Below the pieces are notes generated by a model. The model was not told the origin of the DNA. It saw only the letters and a list, made by a program, of their open reading frames with translations, and ran no database searches. Both the position numbers and the translations under genes were made by a program. A stretch of 64,000 bases of DNA from Candidatus Fermentibacterota bacterium (GTDB lineage Bacteria > Fermentibacterota > Fermentibacteria > Fermentibacterales > JCC-6). The stretch lies in the NCBI GenBank assembly GCA_963845085.1, contig CAWJQI010000005.1, positions 256,001 to 320,000 on the forward strand. Reading direction: 5' to 3'. Within the stretch, counting starts at the first letter, position 1; each line of letters begins with the position of its first letter. Shown in pieces: positions 38,944 to 49,852 of this stretch.

Positions 38944-39701
38944 AGCAGCTTCTTCCCCGTTGCGAGGAACTGCTTTGTTGACTCCCGGTCCGGGAAGGAG
39001 TAGTAGGTCGCCTCGCTCACATCGCACTCGGTCGGGTTTCTGAAATAGCCGTCAAAGTCGGTGAGAAAGTCCACCATCATCCTGGCGCCCTCCCTCTTGG
39101 TTTTCCTGATGGCCTGGTCGAGGCTTCTGCAGTCGCTGATGGAAACCTTGCGCTGCATGAGGATGTCTCCCGAGTCAAGCTTCTCGATCATCTTGTGTAT
39201 CGTGATTCCTATCTCTTCGTACCCGTCACGCATCTGCCAGTACACAGGCATCATCCCCTGATACTTCGGCAGAAGGCTGCTGTGGATGTTCACGCAACCG
39301 TGGGCCGGCGCTGCAAGAAGCCTCTCCTTGAATATCCGCGAGGCGGCGACGGAAATCACCACATCCTGGCTGCGGGCGAATTTTATGAATTCTCTGGAGT
39401 GAATGTTTTCAACGTAAAGAAACTCTGCCCCCATCATTTCGGCGAAACGCCTTGTTGTTCTGCGCATAATGATGGCGGAAGCATACTTGCACGCGATCCT
39501 GACGGTGCCGGCCATGCCGTAGAACCCGTGGATCCTGCTGACAAGCGCCGACATTGAATCCCGACCGAGAGGAACGAGGGAAACAAGCGCGTTGACCGAG
39601 ACGCCATTGCTCCGGAGAACATCCATGTGCCGGGCAAACTCCTCCCAGAACACGGATATGTAGATGGGATCCTCCTGGGTAATAAAAACCACATTGAGCA
39701 T
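38940..39701 (-). CDS. Formyltransferase-family protein (sugar/EPS associated)
   Basis: NIHSSLLPKY.G, GITIH, LDSGDIL; lacks Fmt C-terminal domain. Confidence 0.8.
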   Translation of the reverse strand: MLNVVFITQEDPIYISVFWEEFARHMDVLRSNGVSVNALVSLVPLGRDSMSALVSRIHGFYGMAGTVRIACKYASAIIMRRTTRRFAEMMGAEFLYVENIHSREFIKFARSQDVVISVAASRIFKERLLAAPAHGCVNIHSSLLPKYQGMMPVYWQMRDGYEEIGITIHKMIEKLDSGDILMQRKVSISDCRSLDQAIRKTKREGARMMVDFLTDFDGYFRNPTECDVSEATYYSFPDRESTKQFLATGKKLL

Positions 39702-39853
39702 GCGGGCATTCCTCTCCGTTGGATCAAGGGGGAAGAATACCGAAGTATCCGGATCGAAGGCAATACCCGGCACCGCAACAGGGAACAAATGGGCCTGCAG
39801 GTTGTATACTCCTTTGTTTGCAACCATTTACGACTTCCCCGAAGGGAGCCTTG

Positions 39854-40426
39854 ATGAAGCATTGCCTTCATGCAACGACAGCTTTTGCCCTTTTATCACT
39901 TCTTCTTGCCGGGTGCATGAGCTCTTCTCAACTGGCTGGTCTCGGCATGCCGGCCAATTACGCAAAAAGCCCTGTTTTCGAGACCAGAACCCTGTGGCGC
40001 ACGGCCGTGCTTCCGCCGACAAGCAGCCTTCCCGGGCTGTCACAGGCCCAGGGTCTGTACGACTACGCCGGCATGGCGCTGCTGCGGACCGGCCGCTTCA
40101 CCGTGCTTGATCGGTCGGAGGTCGACCGGATACTGTCTGAACAGGAGTTCTCGTACTCGGGAATCGTTGACCAGACCACTGCCGTTCAGCTGGGCCGCCT
40201 GATGGGGGCCGAGGCCGTGATGACCATCACCGTGACAAGGGTGGCACATGACAGCTTCTGGTCCGACACACCGGAACAGAGGGACGCCGAGCTTCATGTT
40301 AAGATCATTTCCGTGGAGACCTCGGAAATCCTTTACTCGGCCGTCGGAGAAGGATCGGATTTCGAGGGCGCGGAAGGCGCCCTGCAGTCAGCTCTTGAAG
40401 TGGCCCTTATGGGCATAAACCGATAG
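39854..40426 (+). CDS. CsgG/HfaB-like lipoprotein
   Basis: LAGC lipobox; F.VLDRSEVDRILSEQ...AVQLGRLMGAEAV...VKIISVET. Confidence 0.75.
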   Translation: MKHCLHATTAFALLSLLLAGCMSSSQLAGLGMPANYAKSPVFETRTLWRTAVLPPTSSLPGLSQAQGLYDYAGMALLRTGRFTVLDRSEVDRILSEQEFSYSGIVDQTTAVQLGRLMGAEAVMTITVTRVAHDSFWSDTPEQRDAELHVKIISVETSEILYSAVGEGSDFEGAEGALQSALEVALMGINR

Positions 40427-40435
40427 GGGTCTCAG

Positions 40436-41389
40436 ATGAAGTCGTACGTTGCCGCAACATCACTGGCGCTCCTTGTACCGGCCTGTGGCACAACCGTTGC
40501 CAGCCCTTCACTGAGCTCTGCTGCAGCCGAAACCCCCCCGTCCATGACAGCCCCGGTCCTCGAGGATATCATCTTTGCAGGCCCACCTCCCGTCGCGACC
40601 GTTCCCGGGGAGGTTGTTGAAACACGTGCAACAGGAGCGGTGGACTGGTCCGGCAACTCGGTCAGGGCCACCGGCACCGGCGTGGTCGACCCCGGCAACC
40701 CGAACACGGCGCAGGCGCGGCTCATGGCGGAGAGGGCCGCTGTCGTAGTCGCCCAGCGAAACCTTCTTGAGCTCGCAGAAGGCGTCAGGGTCGATTCGGA
40801 GACACGGGTAGAGAACTTCATGACCGATTACGACGTAGTCATGACAACCGTGCACGGGTTCGTGAGGAACGCAAGGCAGGTCGGGCCAGCGAGGTACGAC
40901 TCGGGGACGGGAACGGTCGAGGTCGAGCTTGAGATGCGTATTTACGGCGCAGAGGGACTTTCCGGCGCCATCAGCAATGCACTTGCGACCCCGCAGCTTT
41001 CTCCCGGAACCGTGTCGCCCGAAGTCAGGAGCTTCTTGGAGCAGTACTCCGGCCTTGTCATCGACGGTGCCCGAACCGGCCTCACGCCGTCGATGTTCCC
41101 CAGAATATTCGACGAGCAGGGCAACCTCCTGCTCGACACTAGCCAGTACGCATCCCTGCTCGGAACCGCCGAAGGCGCAGGCCTTCAATTCATCTCCGAC
41201 CTCGAGGGACTGCTCGGACAGCCCGGTCTTTCCGGTTCCCCGCTCGTGCTGAGGGCTGTTCAGGCCGCCGGAGCCTTCGGGAGCGACATCATTGTTTCGA
41301 CGGCAGGTGAAGACGGGGGAAATCTGCTAAAGCAGGCACTTCCCTATCTCCTCAGTGCCGGCAGATTTCTGTTGAGAGTGGTCCTGTGA
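40436..41389 (+). CDS. LPP20-like lipoprotein
   Basis: VPAC lipobox; VRATG.G...ARLMAERAA...AQRNLLE..EGVRVDSET.V. Confidence 0.7.
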   Translation: MKSYVAATSLALLVPACGTTVASPSLSSAAAETPPSMTAPVLEDIIFAGPPPVATVPGEVVETRATGAVDWSGNSVRATGTGVVDPGNPNTAQARLMAERAAVVVAQRNLLELAEGVRVDSETRVENFMTDYDVVMTTVHGFVRNARQVGPARYDSGTGTVEVELEMRIYGAEGLSGAISNALATPQLSPGTVSPEVRSFLEQYSGLVIDGARTGLTPSMFPRIFDEQGNLLLDTSQYASLLGTAEGAGLQFISDLEGLLGQPGLSGSPLVLRAVQAAGAFGSDIIVSTAGEDGGNLLKQALPYLLSAGRFLLRVVL

Positions 41390-42558
41390 GCCGGGCGTTT
41401 ACGCTGGGGTGCATTGTTGCGCTCTGCGTCTCGTCAGGTTGCGGCCAGTCTGCCCTTGTACGGAACACACCGCCCGTCCAGCCGGTCTCCGAGCCCCCGG
41501 CGGGGGGAACCGAAGTTCTCGTGGAGGGGGTTTCATCCTTTACGGGAAGCTGGGACTCCGCCAGAGACCAGGCGCTCGGCGATGCCCTCAGAAAAGCTGT
41601 TGAACAGGGAGTAGGGGTCTTCATTGACGCCGGAAGCGTCGTCGAGAACTTCCAGCTAATCTCCGACCGCATCTACAGCCGCGCCGCCGGTTTCGTTTCA
41701 AGCTACAGGATAATCGCCGAGGAACGCACCGACGAGCTTTACAGGGTGGTCGTGCGTGCTGTGGTGAACACCGACGGCATCATGGAGGATCTTGCAGCGA
41801 CAGGCATCCTGGTGGCCGGGCAGGGACGACCGCGGGTAATGGTAGTCGTGCGCGAGGTCAGGGACTTCACCGCAGCCTCACTCGGGGATGCCGCAGCCAC
41901 GGGTTCGATGATCGAAACACTGATCATGGAAAGCTTCAGGCGCAGGGGTTTCCCCGTGGTCGACGCGGCAGCGGCTGCAGCTGTTCTCGAGCGCGACCAG
42001 CTGCTTCTGATCCTCGGGGGTGACGAACAAACCGCTGCATTGATCGGGCTCCAGGCCGGGGCCGAGATAATCGTATCCGGCACGGCGCTGCACGATGTTG
42101 AAACAAGGACGATAGCAGGCTCCCCCAGGGAGATTCACGTCTACAGGATGAACTGCCGGGCCGTCAACACGCGCACGGCAGCCGTTCTCGGCGCTTCCGC
42201 CACTTCGACCGAGGTTCCCTTCAGCGAAGACCAGGCACGTTCACAGGCTTCGTCCAAAACGGCTGATCAACTGATCGCGGCGATACTCGAAGGCTGGACC
42301 GTGAACGAGAACTCCACGGTCATTGTCGCAACGAACGCCGACTTTGACAAGCTTGCCGCGCTCAGGTCCCGGATCCGCACCGAAATACGGGGTGTCAGCG
42401 AGGTTCTGACCCGCGATTTCACCGGTTCAAGGGCAACCATCGAGGTTATTTCCGAGATACCGTCGCAGGAGGTGCTGGAACGCCTGGCCGAACTTGGCGG
42501 TGGCTTCTCGATAACGGGCGCTGCGGGCAACCGTGTTGAGATAAGGTTTTCGGACTGA
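41386..42558 (+). CDS. FlgT N-terminal-like domain lipoprotein
   Basis: SSGC lipobox; ARDQAL.DALRKAVEQ.VGV...S.VENFQL. Confidence 0.7.
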   Translation: MSRAFTLGCIVALCVSSGCGQSALVRNTPPVQPVSEPPAGGTEVLVEGVSSFTGSWDSARDQALGDALRKAVEQGVGVFIDAGSVVENFQLISDRIYSRAAGFVSSYRIIAEERTDELYRVVVRAVVNTDGIMEDLAATGILVAGQGRPRVMVVVREVRDFTAASLGDAAATGSMIETLIMESFRRRGFPVVDAAAAAAVLERDQLLLILGGDEQTAALIGLQAGAEIIVSGTALHDVETRTIAGSPREIHVYRMNCRAVNTRTAAVLGASATSTEVPFSEDQARSQASSKTADQLIAAILEGWTVNENSTVIVATNADFDKLAALRSRIRTEIRGVSEVLTRDFTGSRATIEVISEIPSQEVLERLAELGGGFSITGAAGNRVEIRFSD

Positions 42559-42592
42559 CCGCAACGCCCGTGAAAGAGGAAGGCAGCAGCGC

Positions 42593-43840
42593 CTAGAGCA
42601 CTCCCGCCGTGAAAGAGGTGAGCTGCCCGAGGCGGTGTGTGTAGCTGCCCATCTCGTTGTCGTACCAGCCGAAGATCTTGACGTGCGTGACAGGTATCCG
42701 GCAGACGCGGGCTTCCCCCTCGCACTGGTTCCGGCCCCCGTTGAAATCCGGGGGGATCTCCACATCGACGAAACCGGTCCGGGTATGGGTCTCGACCGCC
42801 TCGATCACAACGGCGGCGTCCTCGCCCTTCATATCAACCGAAACGTTCTGTTCCTCGCTGTATTTCACGAGCCCCGAAGCCTCGCCCTCGGCAGCCTGCC
42901 TGTAGATACCGTTTATGGAATCCCTGTCGATGAGGGGCTTTCCATCGGGCGTCATTCCCGACTGGAAGGTGACGTTCAGGATGATCAGGCTGACGGTTGC
43001 CGTCGGGATCCTGACCGACTCGGCCATGAACCCTATCCTGGAGACCTCCGGCATGACCTGTTCCAGCGCCTTTGCGGCCCCGGTCGAGGTCACGACCATG
43101 CTTGCAAGACCCGACCTGTTTTTCCTCAGGTCCTTCGCGCCGGAGCCTGGAACGCTGTCGAGCACCGGCTGGCTTGCGGTGACGGCGTGAATGGTGCTCA
43201 TTCCGGCGGTGATCATCCGCCTGGTGAGGTCACGGTCAAGCAGGGGGCGCATCATGTGGGCAAGCGCCGTGGTGGTGCAAGACCCGGCGGAGATCACCGA
43301 GTGCCGCCCCGGTTCGAAACGGTAATGGTTGATGCCGTAGATCATCATCAGGCTGTCTTCAGGGTCCGGGATGTTCTTCAGCTTGCTCTTGAAGGGCGCG
43401 CTGAGGAGCACTACACGCGCTCCGGCAGCCAGGTGCCCCCGGAGCGAGCCGCCCGGTGTGTCGGGATCATCGTGGGGGTCGACGAATGTGCCGGTGCAGT
43501 CCACAACCACCCCGACACCGTTGTCCCTCCAGCGGATATCCTTGGGGTTGCGCGCCTCGCGCAGCACCCTGACCTCACGGCCATGAAGGCTCAGAAGCCC
43601 TTCCTTCTCGCTGAGAACCCTGCAGTCGGGTTTTCCCCTGCTGCCGTGAAGCCAGCGGTGAAGGGTGCCGTAGGTGCTGTCGCGGGTCAGGTAATGAAGC
43701 AGGGAATCAAGGGAGGTGCCCACGGGTCTGCCTGTGTTCACTACGAACCTCTGAAAGTCGTCGTTGCCGAGATGATACCAGAGGGTCAGTTTTCCGATTC
43801 TGCCGAGGCCGTTGATCCCAAGAACACGCTGTGCGCCCAT
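42593..43840 (-). CDS. Divergent glyceraldehyde-3-phosphate dehydrogenase-family protein
   Basis: GINGLGRIG, DCTG, SAGSCTTTALA, TIHAVT, STGAAKA, WYDNE. Confidence 0.85.
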   Translation of the reverse strand: MGAQRVLGINGLGRIGKLTLWYHLGNDDFQRFVVNTGRPVGTSLDSLLHYLTRDSTYGTLHRWLHGSRGKPDCRVLSEKEGLLSLHGREVRVLREARNPKDIRWRDNGVGVVVDCTGTFVDPHDDPDTPGGSLRGHLAAGARVVLLSAPFKSKLKNIPDPEDSLMMIYGINHYRFEPGRHSVISAGSCTTTALAHMMRPLLDRDLTRRMITAGMSTIHAVTASQPVLDSVPGSGAKDLRKNRSGLASMVVTSTGAAKALEQVMPEVSRIGFMAESVRIPTATVSLIILNVTFQSGMTPDGKPLIDRDSINGIYRQAAEGEASGLVKYSEEQNVSVDMKGEDAAVVIEAVETHTRTGFVDVEIPPDFNGGRNQCEGEARVCRIPVTHVKIFGWYDNEMGSYTHRLGQLTSFTAGVL

Positions 43841-43852
43841 TCCCTTTCCTCC

Positions 43853-46800
43853 TTACTGGATCAGTGTGGCTTGCTGAATGGTTTCAAGTCTTCCAAGGAA
43901 TATGTTGCCGGTCCGGCCGTCTATGCTGAGCCAGTCCCCGGTTCTGAGTTCATGGCCCGAGATCCTTGCCGTGCCCGTGACCTCCTCGACCTCCAGCTGG
44001 ACGCAATCCACGACCGCAGTCTTGCCGAGCCGTTTCGCCGTTACAGCGGCATGTGAAGTCGAGCCTCCGCGGGCTGTCAGTATCCCTTTGACCCTTATTA
44101 TCATGGCGATGTCTTCCGGCACCGTGTCGGGGCGAAGAAGGATCACGTTCTCCTCCGGGCTTTCCTCGATAAGATCCTCGATCTGTTCGGGGTTCACCGC
44201 GACCCTCCCGGTGTAAGCCCCCCCTGAGACACCTATTCCAACGGCAACGGGCTCGAGGGCTCCTTCAACGAGCCCCGTGAAGTACGGGGCGTCAGATGTC
44301 CCCTCCGACACCATGACCCTCTTCTGCAGGATGTAGAGGTCGTCTCCCGAAGGCGACTCGAAGGTGAACTCGATTTCCTGGGGGTCGTAGTCACGCGAGG
44401 CAAGTTCCTCCGCGACCGAGAGCAGCGCTTTGTAAACCCCGGGATAGTCGGTTTCGAGCGACGATTCCACACCGTCATATGTGGGGTTGCCCTTTCTCTG
44501 GGCCTCGGAAATCGGCAGCGGGAACACAAGCCCTCCCACGAGGTCCTCGCCCTGGCTGCACACCGTGAAATCCCCGAAAAGCCGGACCTGCCTGCTGTAG
44601 GGCTCCCTGGGGTTCCGTGTGAACGTGACGCCCGACCCGGAGCTGCGGCCCCGGTTGCCGAACACCATCCTCTGGACAACGACTGCGGTCCCCCACTCTT
44701 CGGCGATTCCCACGTAGCGCCGGAAGAAACCGGCATGCGTCGAGTTCCACGAGTCGAGAACCTTCTGAACGCAGGCAACAACCTGTCCGAACGGGTCCTC
44801 GACGAAGACAACACCGAGTTCCATGGCCTTGCTCTTGTACGCGAGGGCCATTTCACGCATCTGCTCGGGCGGAAAGTCGAGCTTCAGCTTCACCCCGTAC
44901 CTGCTCTTGAATAGGTTCATTATGCCGTCGAAGACTCCACGCTCAACGCCCGACGACATGGCCCAGGTCTGTATGAACCGGCGGTACGAGTCCCATACCG
45001 TCCATTCGTAGCCTTCGATCCGGGAAATCTCGCCTGCGAGCCGGTCGTTCAGCCCCACGTTCACGAACGTTGTCATCAGGCCGGGCATGGAGAATGCAGC
45101 CCCCGATCGGATCGCGAGCATCAGCGGACGGGACGGGTTGCCCAGCTCGAGCCCGGTTCTCTCCTCGAGCCTGTCCAGCGCACCGCGAATCCTTGCGAGA
45201 GTGTCTTCGTAAAGGGGCTTGTACGACATTGCCGGCATCGCCGCAAAGAGCTCGGTCGTGATTATGAAACAGTCCGGCACGTTGTGTCCGTACTGTGCAA
45301 GCTGCTTCAGCCCCAGACCCTTGTAGCCGAGCGTCATCTGGTCGTCTGTTTCCGGGTGATTCTCCCGAAGGTGCGAAATGAGGCCGTCGGAATCGTAGTT
45401 CATCATCCTGGTGAGGGCACTTGGGCTGAGCTGCCCTGTGAGTTCGGAGATCAGCCTGTACTTCGCGCCGACGTACCTGTCCAGCGTCTGGAGCCCCATG
45501 GCTGATACAAGAACTTCGCGCAGAACCATTTCCGACACGGCGTCAACGCACATCCCCCTCAGCCTGCACTGCCGCGGATCGTGTTCGAGGACCGTGCGCA
45601 GGATCCGTTCGTGGCTGAGGATCGAAAGCCTCGACAGCTCGGTCACGCTGTTGGAAAGGAAGAGGAAGATGTTCCGGTACTGGTTGAAAGTGACGTTGTG
45701 CCATGCGAAACTGGCCTCGAGCATGCCGATGTTCGATGAGAGGGACCTTGGATTGATGCCGTCAAGCGACAGGGCCCGTTCGAAGCGCCTGAGCTCTCCG
45801 GCCACCCTTTTGAGGGATGAGCGGTTCATGTACGGAACATCGGGGCCGGTGACCACATCCTCGAACAGGCGACTGACCAGCTGCTCCACCCTGAAGGACA
45901 GACCGAGCGCGTCGAACTTCGGCTCGGAATAGTCGCCGTACATCGACGGGATCCCGGCTGCAATGTGTCGTTTGTGGTAAATGTTCTCAACCCCCTCGGA
46001 GGGGGTCGGGTCGAGGATTATCCCCTTCAGCCATTCCAGAATGTCAAGGCAGCCATCAATAAGGGAATCCCGCTCGGCGGGGCCGGGGTGCTCCTTCCAT
46101 TTCTGAAGAGCTTTGGCAAAACGGCTTCTGAGTGCGCTGTCGAGTGAAAGGTAACCGGCAACGACCTCGTCAAGAGTATCGGCAGACGGGTGGTATTTCT
46201 GAAGAAGAAGAGTGTGAAGCCTTACCAGCAGGGCAACCCTGTCGCGGTTGAACGGCTCGTGACCGTCATCCTTCCCGAAGTCGGCCGGGCTCATCGCCAG
46301 TATCCGGGAGACGAGCTGGCCGGGCTCCTCCTCTGCACGGCCGAGAGAGGAGATGAACACATGGGGTCCCTCGGCCCACTGCCTTTCTATCTGAACCGCT
46401 GCCAATACGTTCGGTGACAGGAAGGGTTCGAGGTAGGATGAATCGAGCGTGGTCCAGTAGAGCAGCACCGCCCTGCTGAATTTCACGATGCGGTTCGAGG
46501 CCTCGGCATGGATCTGCTTCCTCAGGAAGTGCATCAGGGAATCATGCCTGCTGCACGCCTCGTCTATTCTGGTGGAGACGGAGCGCAGCTCACCCTCGGC
46601 CCCGACCTCGTTGAAGTAGACCGGGAATGTTCGCAGCAGCTGTTTGGCAACGAAGTATATGGGGCTGATGTCAGCGTTCAGGAAGCGCGTGATGTCCCTC
46701 TGGAACAGGTCGGTGTCGGCAATGTAGACCCCTCCGAGCCGGAGCTGCACGTTCAGCGCAGCGGCGAGCTTTTCGTAGATGGCCGGATTCGACTCGATGA

Positions 46801-47983
46801 TGTGCATCCAGCAGCGGATCTTCGGGAGGTGGTAGGGGTTGACCACCGTCTCCCAGTCGTCGGTTGCCCCCCTGATGTCAGGATACTGGAAGTTCCAGTA
46901 GAGGATGTCCTGCATGAGGTGATCGGCCGCCCTGGTATTTCCTGCGGTTCCGATAGCCGTTCCTATGGCTTCATAGCACTGAAGCCTGGTCAGGAGGAAA
47001 GTCTCCGCCCTGCCCTGGAAGAACCCGGTCAGCCTGCTCAGTATCCTCTCGATGTCGTGCCTGAGTTCGGGCTGCATCATTATCCGAACGACGCCAAGAA
47101 GATCCGACATAACCTCGTTCTGCCGGTTGCCGAGCGTGTCGTCCTTGAGGAAATACAGGCAGACCAGGAAGCGGTCCTCGAGGTTCTCGACCCTGAACAC
47201 CATGGATATGGCGCGGTCGATTATCTCGGAGTAGGTCGGAAAATCGTGGGAAAGCAGCCTGTCCGGTTCGGACGCATCCGCGGCACCGGAAAGCCTCTGC
47301 ATCTCGGGACAATCAAGAAACCCGAATCCCCGTGTAACCGGTTCCGGATCATTCAGCTCAGTGCCGGGCTGACGGCACCATTCCACGATGTTCAACCTGT
47401 CGGCGATGATTGTGTAGCCGGTGATCAGAACCTTCCGGTAAAGCGCAAGGCAGGCGGCGCCCAGCTCCGGCACCGAAGCAGCCTTCCTCACCATGTCACG
47501 AAGCAGGGTGTCCCTCTCGAGAAAAGGAACCGGTTCGCGTTCCAGGGTGTTCTCCAGGGAGCCGAGAAGGGCCAGCACCGGTTCGTGGTAGCACTCGGAA
47601 TGACGACCGGCAAGGCCGGTCGATATCCACATGAACACCTGCCTGAGAAGCGAGGAGGTCTGCTCCCTCGTAAGGGGTTGCCTCAGCAGTCCGTCCAGCA
47701 GTTCGGCAAGGAGGGAGAACAGCAGTTTTCTGTTCTCCGAGCCCTCGAAGTACGGCCAGTTTCGAAGCAGAACCGTCTGAAAGCCGTCGAGTATCGCATC
47801 GAAGTTCCTGAAATCGTGAAAGTACTCCTCAAGCGTTTCGACAAGACGGATCCGGACCCCGTACAACCCCTCCACGGCCTGGATGAGTGGAGCATAGCGC
47901 TCCGGTACAACGACCTTTCTCGCGGTGCCAGCGATGTTCGCCCTCAGCGCGTCGGAATCAACCGGAATATCTCTGGATGCCAC
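43853..47983 (-). CDS. Pyruvate phosphate dikinase-like protein (large N-terminal extension, ATP-grasp and phospho-His domains, no C-terminal pyruvate barrel)
   Basis: LGYKG, IRSGA..SMPG, VQRMVFGN, SGSGVTFTR, QGEDLVG, EIEFT, GGSTSHAAV; GTG start after GGAGG. Confidence 0.85.
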   Translation of the reverse strand: MASRDIPVDSDALRANIAGTARKVVVPERYAPLIQAVEGLYGVRIRLVETLEEYFHDFRNFDAILDGFQTVLLRNWPYFEGSENRKLLFSLLAELLDGLLRQPLTREQTSSLLRQVFMWISTGLAGRHSECYHEPVLALLGSLENTLEREPVPFLERDTLLRDMVRKAASVPELGAACLALYRKVLITGYTIIADRLNIVEWCRQPGTELNDPEPVTRGFGFLDCPEMQRLSGAADASEPDRLLSHDFPTYSEIIDRAISMVFRVENLEDRFLVCLYFLKDDTLGNRQNEVMSDLLGVVRIMMQPELRHDIERILSRLTGFFQGRAETFLLTRLQCYEAIGTAIGTAGNTRAADHLMQDILYWNFQYPDIRGATDDWETVVNPYHLPKIRCWMHIIESNPAIYEKLAAALNVQLRLGGVYIADTDLFQRDITRFLNADISPIYFVAKQLLRTFPVYFNEVGAEGELRSVSTRIDEACSRHDSLMHFLRKQIHAEASNRIVKFSRAVLLYWTTLDSSYLEPFLSPNVLAAVQIERQWAEGPHVFISSLGRAEEEPGQLVSRILAMSPADFGKDDGHEPFNRDRVALLVRLHTLLLQKYHPSADTLDEVVAGYLSLDSALRSRFAKALQKWKEHPGPAERDSLIDGCLDILEWLKGIILDPTPSEGVENIYHKRHIAAGIPSMYGDYSEPKFDALGLSFRVEQLVSRLFEDVVTGPDVPYMNRSSLKRVAGELRRFERALSLDGINPRSLSSNIGMLEASFAWHNVTFNQYRNIFLFLSNSVTELSRLSILSHERILRTVLEHDPRQCRLRGMCVDAVSEMVLREVLVSAMGLQTLDRYVGAKYRLISELTGQLSPSALTRMMNYDSDGLISHLRENHPETDDQMTLGYKGLGLKQLAQYGHNVPDCFIITTELFAAMPAMSYKPLYEDTLARIRGALDRLEERTGLELGNPSRPLMLAIRSGAAFSMPGLMTTFVNVGLNDRLAGEISRIEGYEWTVWDSYRRFIQTWAMSSGVERGVFDGIMNLFKSRYGVKLKLDFPPEQMREMALAYKSKAMELGVVFVEDPFGQVVACVQKVLDSWNSTHAGFFRRYVGIAEEWGTAVVVQRMVFGNRGRSSGSGVTFTRNPREPYSRQVRLFGDFTVCSQGEDLVGGLVFPLPISEAQRKGNPTYDGVESSLETDYPGVYKALLSVAEELASRDYDPQEIEFTFESPSGDDLYILQKRVMVSEGTSDAPYFTGLVEGALEPVAVGIGVSGGAYTGRVAVNPEQIEDLIEESPEENVILLRPDTVPEDIAMIIRVKGILTARGGSTSHAAVTAKRLGKTAVVDCVQLEVEEVTGTARISGHELRTGDWLSIDGRTGNIFLGRLETIQQATLIQ

Positions 47984-48233
47984 GATCCTCCCCCGCCGCC
48001 CGAAGCCCGGGCAGGAATAATCCATCCCTCTCCGAAAGCATGCATGCTTCGGACAACGAAAAGCGCCTTTCAATGGCATTTCCGAACATGATCCGAAGGT
48101 TCGAGGCCATCGGATATGATAAGCTCCGGGCTGCATCGAGGCAAACCGTCCGTGAAAATCAGGGGCTCCGTCAGTAACCCTTGTCAGGAGCGGACAGCAT
48201 GCCTCCGGGAATGGTGTTCATTGGAGGTTGCCA

Positions 48234-49049
48234 TCATCCCAGCGCCACGTCGAGCATCATCATCACGGCAAAGCCCGCCAGGGTGGTGATGGTTACCATG
48301 TCTATGTTCGCCGGGGTTCGCTGGGATTCAGGTATGAGTTCCTCGACAACGACAAAGATCATTGCGCCCGCTGCGAAACAAAGGGCGTAAGGGAGGATCT
48401 CCTGCATGTGAAGGACAAACGCGGCGCCGCAGACACCCGCCACCGGTTCCACGAGACCGGATGCCTGTCCCGCCAGAAAGCTTCTGCGCCTGCTCATGCC
48501 CTCCCGGCGCAACGGCAATGATACGGCCGCCCCTTCGGGAAAGTTCTGCAGGCCGATTCCAATGGCCAGGGCAACAGCCCCGCCCAGGGTGGCAGAAGGG
48601 AGACCGGCCGATACCGCACCGAAGGCGACGCCGACAGCAAGGCCCTCGGGGATGTTGTGAAGCGTAATGGCGAGAACCAGCAGCGTGCTTCTCCGCCATG
48701 ATGTCTTTATGCCCTCGCTGCTCTCCATTCCCATTCCCGGGTGAAGGTGCGGAAGGATGCGGTCGGTCAGCCTCATGAAAAGGCCGCCGGCCATGAATCC
48801 GATGACAGCGGTAAGCCAGGGAGTCTGCCCCATTTGCCCGGCCATTTCGATGCCGGGCGCCAGAAGCGACCAGAAACTGGCGGCTATCATTACGCCTGCC
48901 GCGAACCCCAGCATCGAATCGAGTACCCTTGGTTTTACGGTTCTGGAAAAGAAAACGAGCCCTGCACCGAGGGCCGTCACTCCCCAGGTGAAAAGCGTTG
49001 CCAGAAGCGCCTGAACTACGGGCCCGCTCCCGGGAAAGAACTCGATCAT
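48234..49049 (-). CDS. ZIP family metal transporter (GufA/ZupT-like)
   Basis: [32 protein letters not shown]. Confidence 0.93.
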   Translation of the reverse strand: MIEFFPGSGPVVQALLATLFTWGVTALGAGLVFFSRTVKPRVLDSMLGFAAGVMIAASFWSLLAPGIEMAGQMGQTPWLTAVIGFMAGGLFMRLTDRILPHLHPGMGMESSEGIKTSWRRSTLLVLAITLHNIPEGLAVGVAFGAVSAGLPSATLGGAVALAIGIGLQNFPEGAAVSLPLRREGMSRRRSFLAGQASGLVEPVAGVCGAAFVLHMQEILPYALCFAAGAMIFVVVEELIPESQRTPANIDMVTITTLAGFAVMMMLDVALG

Positions 49050-49852
49050 CTCTCCCCGTCTCCCGACTCTTCCAAAATGTCGGCCCAGTCTCTGAGCACG
49101 CGCGGAAAGAGCTCCACCTTCGCGATGTCCCTCCCGTCCATCAGGAAGGGCAGAACATCGGCGGCAAGCTCTCTCATGCTGTAACGGGAAAGCCGGGAAA
49201 TTATCGAATCGGCGATCTTCCCCCTGTCATCGGTTCCCTGCTTCGAAAGCAAGTATGCCATGTCGGGTGAGGTTCTTCCGAAAAGGAACACCGCGTCGTA
49301 GAGGTCGCGACCCAGAATCCGTCTGCGCTGAAGGGTGGCGTGAAGCTTCTGGGCAAGGATGAGGCTATCGGGAGCCACGGATACCGTCGCGGTGACATCC
49401 AGACGATTCAAAACCTTTATTGCGGGGGAATAGTGGTAGTGCTGTGGCTCACCGTCGATCTTCAGCTTCAGCACCTGGTCCTTGTGGCCCGTAAGCCCCC
49501 ATGCCTGAAGGATTCTCTGGAAACGGACCACAGCGCTCAACTTTTCGGTGTTCCTTAGGGTAACATGGCACTCAACACCTTCCAGAAGGAAACCTCTTTC
49601 GATCCGTCTGGCTATTTCCGGCACATGCCCGGAGGAAAGCCGGCCGGTATCGAAGTCAAGGTCTTCGGAGAACCTCCTTGTGCCGTAAAAGATTCTCAGG
49701 GCCGTTCCCCCCATGAAGACAAGGCCGCTGGAAGCCCCGGTGCCGTAGATAAACCCCAGCGTCTTGTACTGAAGGTATTCGGTGAGCATCGCCCTCCTAA
49801 AACCCGGGGGAATACCCGCATAACCCGACCAGACAAGTTCGGGATCAAGCAT
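49046..49852 (-). CDS. AbiEii/AbiGii nucleotidyltransferase toxin (type IV TA)
   Basis: [26 protein letters not shown]. Confidence 0.9.
   Translation of the reverse strand: MLDPELVWSGYAGIPPGFRRAMLTEYLQYKTLGFIYGTGASSGLVFMGGTALRIFYGTRRFSEDLDFDTGRLSSGHVPEIARRIERGFLLEGVECHVTLRNTEKLSAVVRFQRILQAWGLTGHKDQVLKLKIDGEPQHYHYSPAIKVLNRLDVTATVSVAPDSLILAQKLHATLQRRRILGRDLYDAVFLFGRTSPDMAYLLSKQGTDDRGKIADSIISRLSRYSMRELAADVLPFLMDGRDIAKVELFPRVLRDWADILEESGDGER

Noticed and set aside
42635..48091. Long plus-strand ORFs 42635..44056 and 46508..48091
   Set aside because: Antisense shadows of the GAPDH-like and PPDK-like genes
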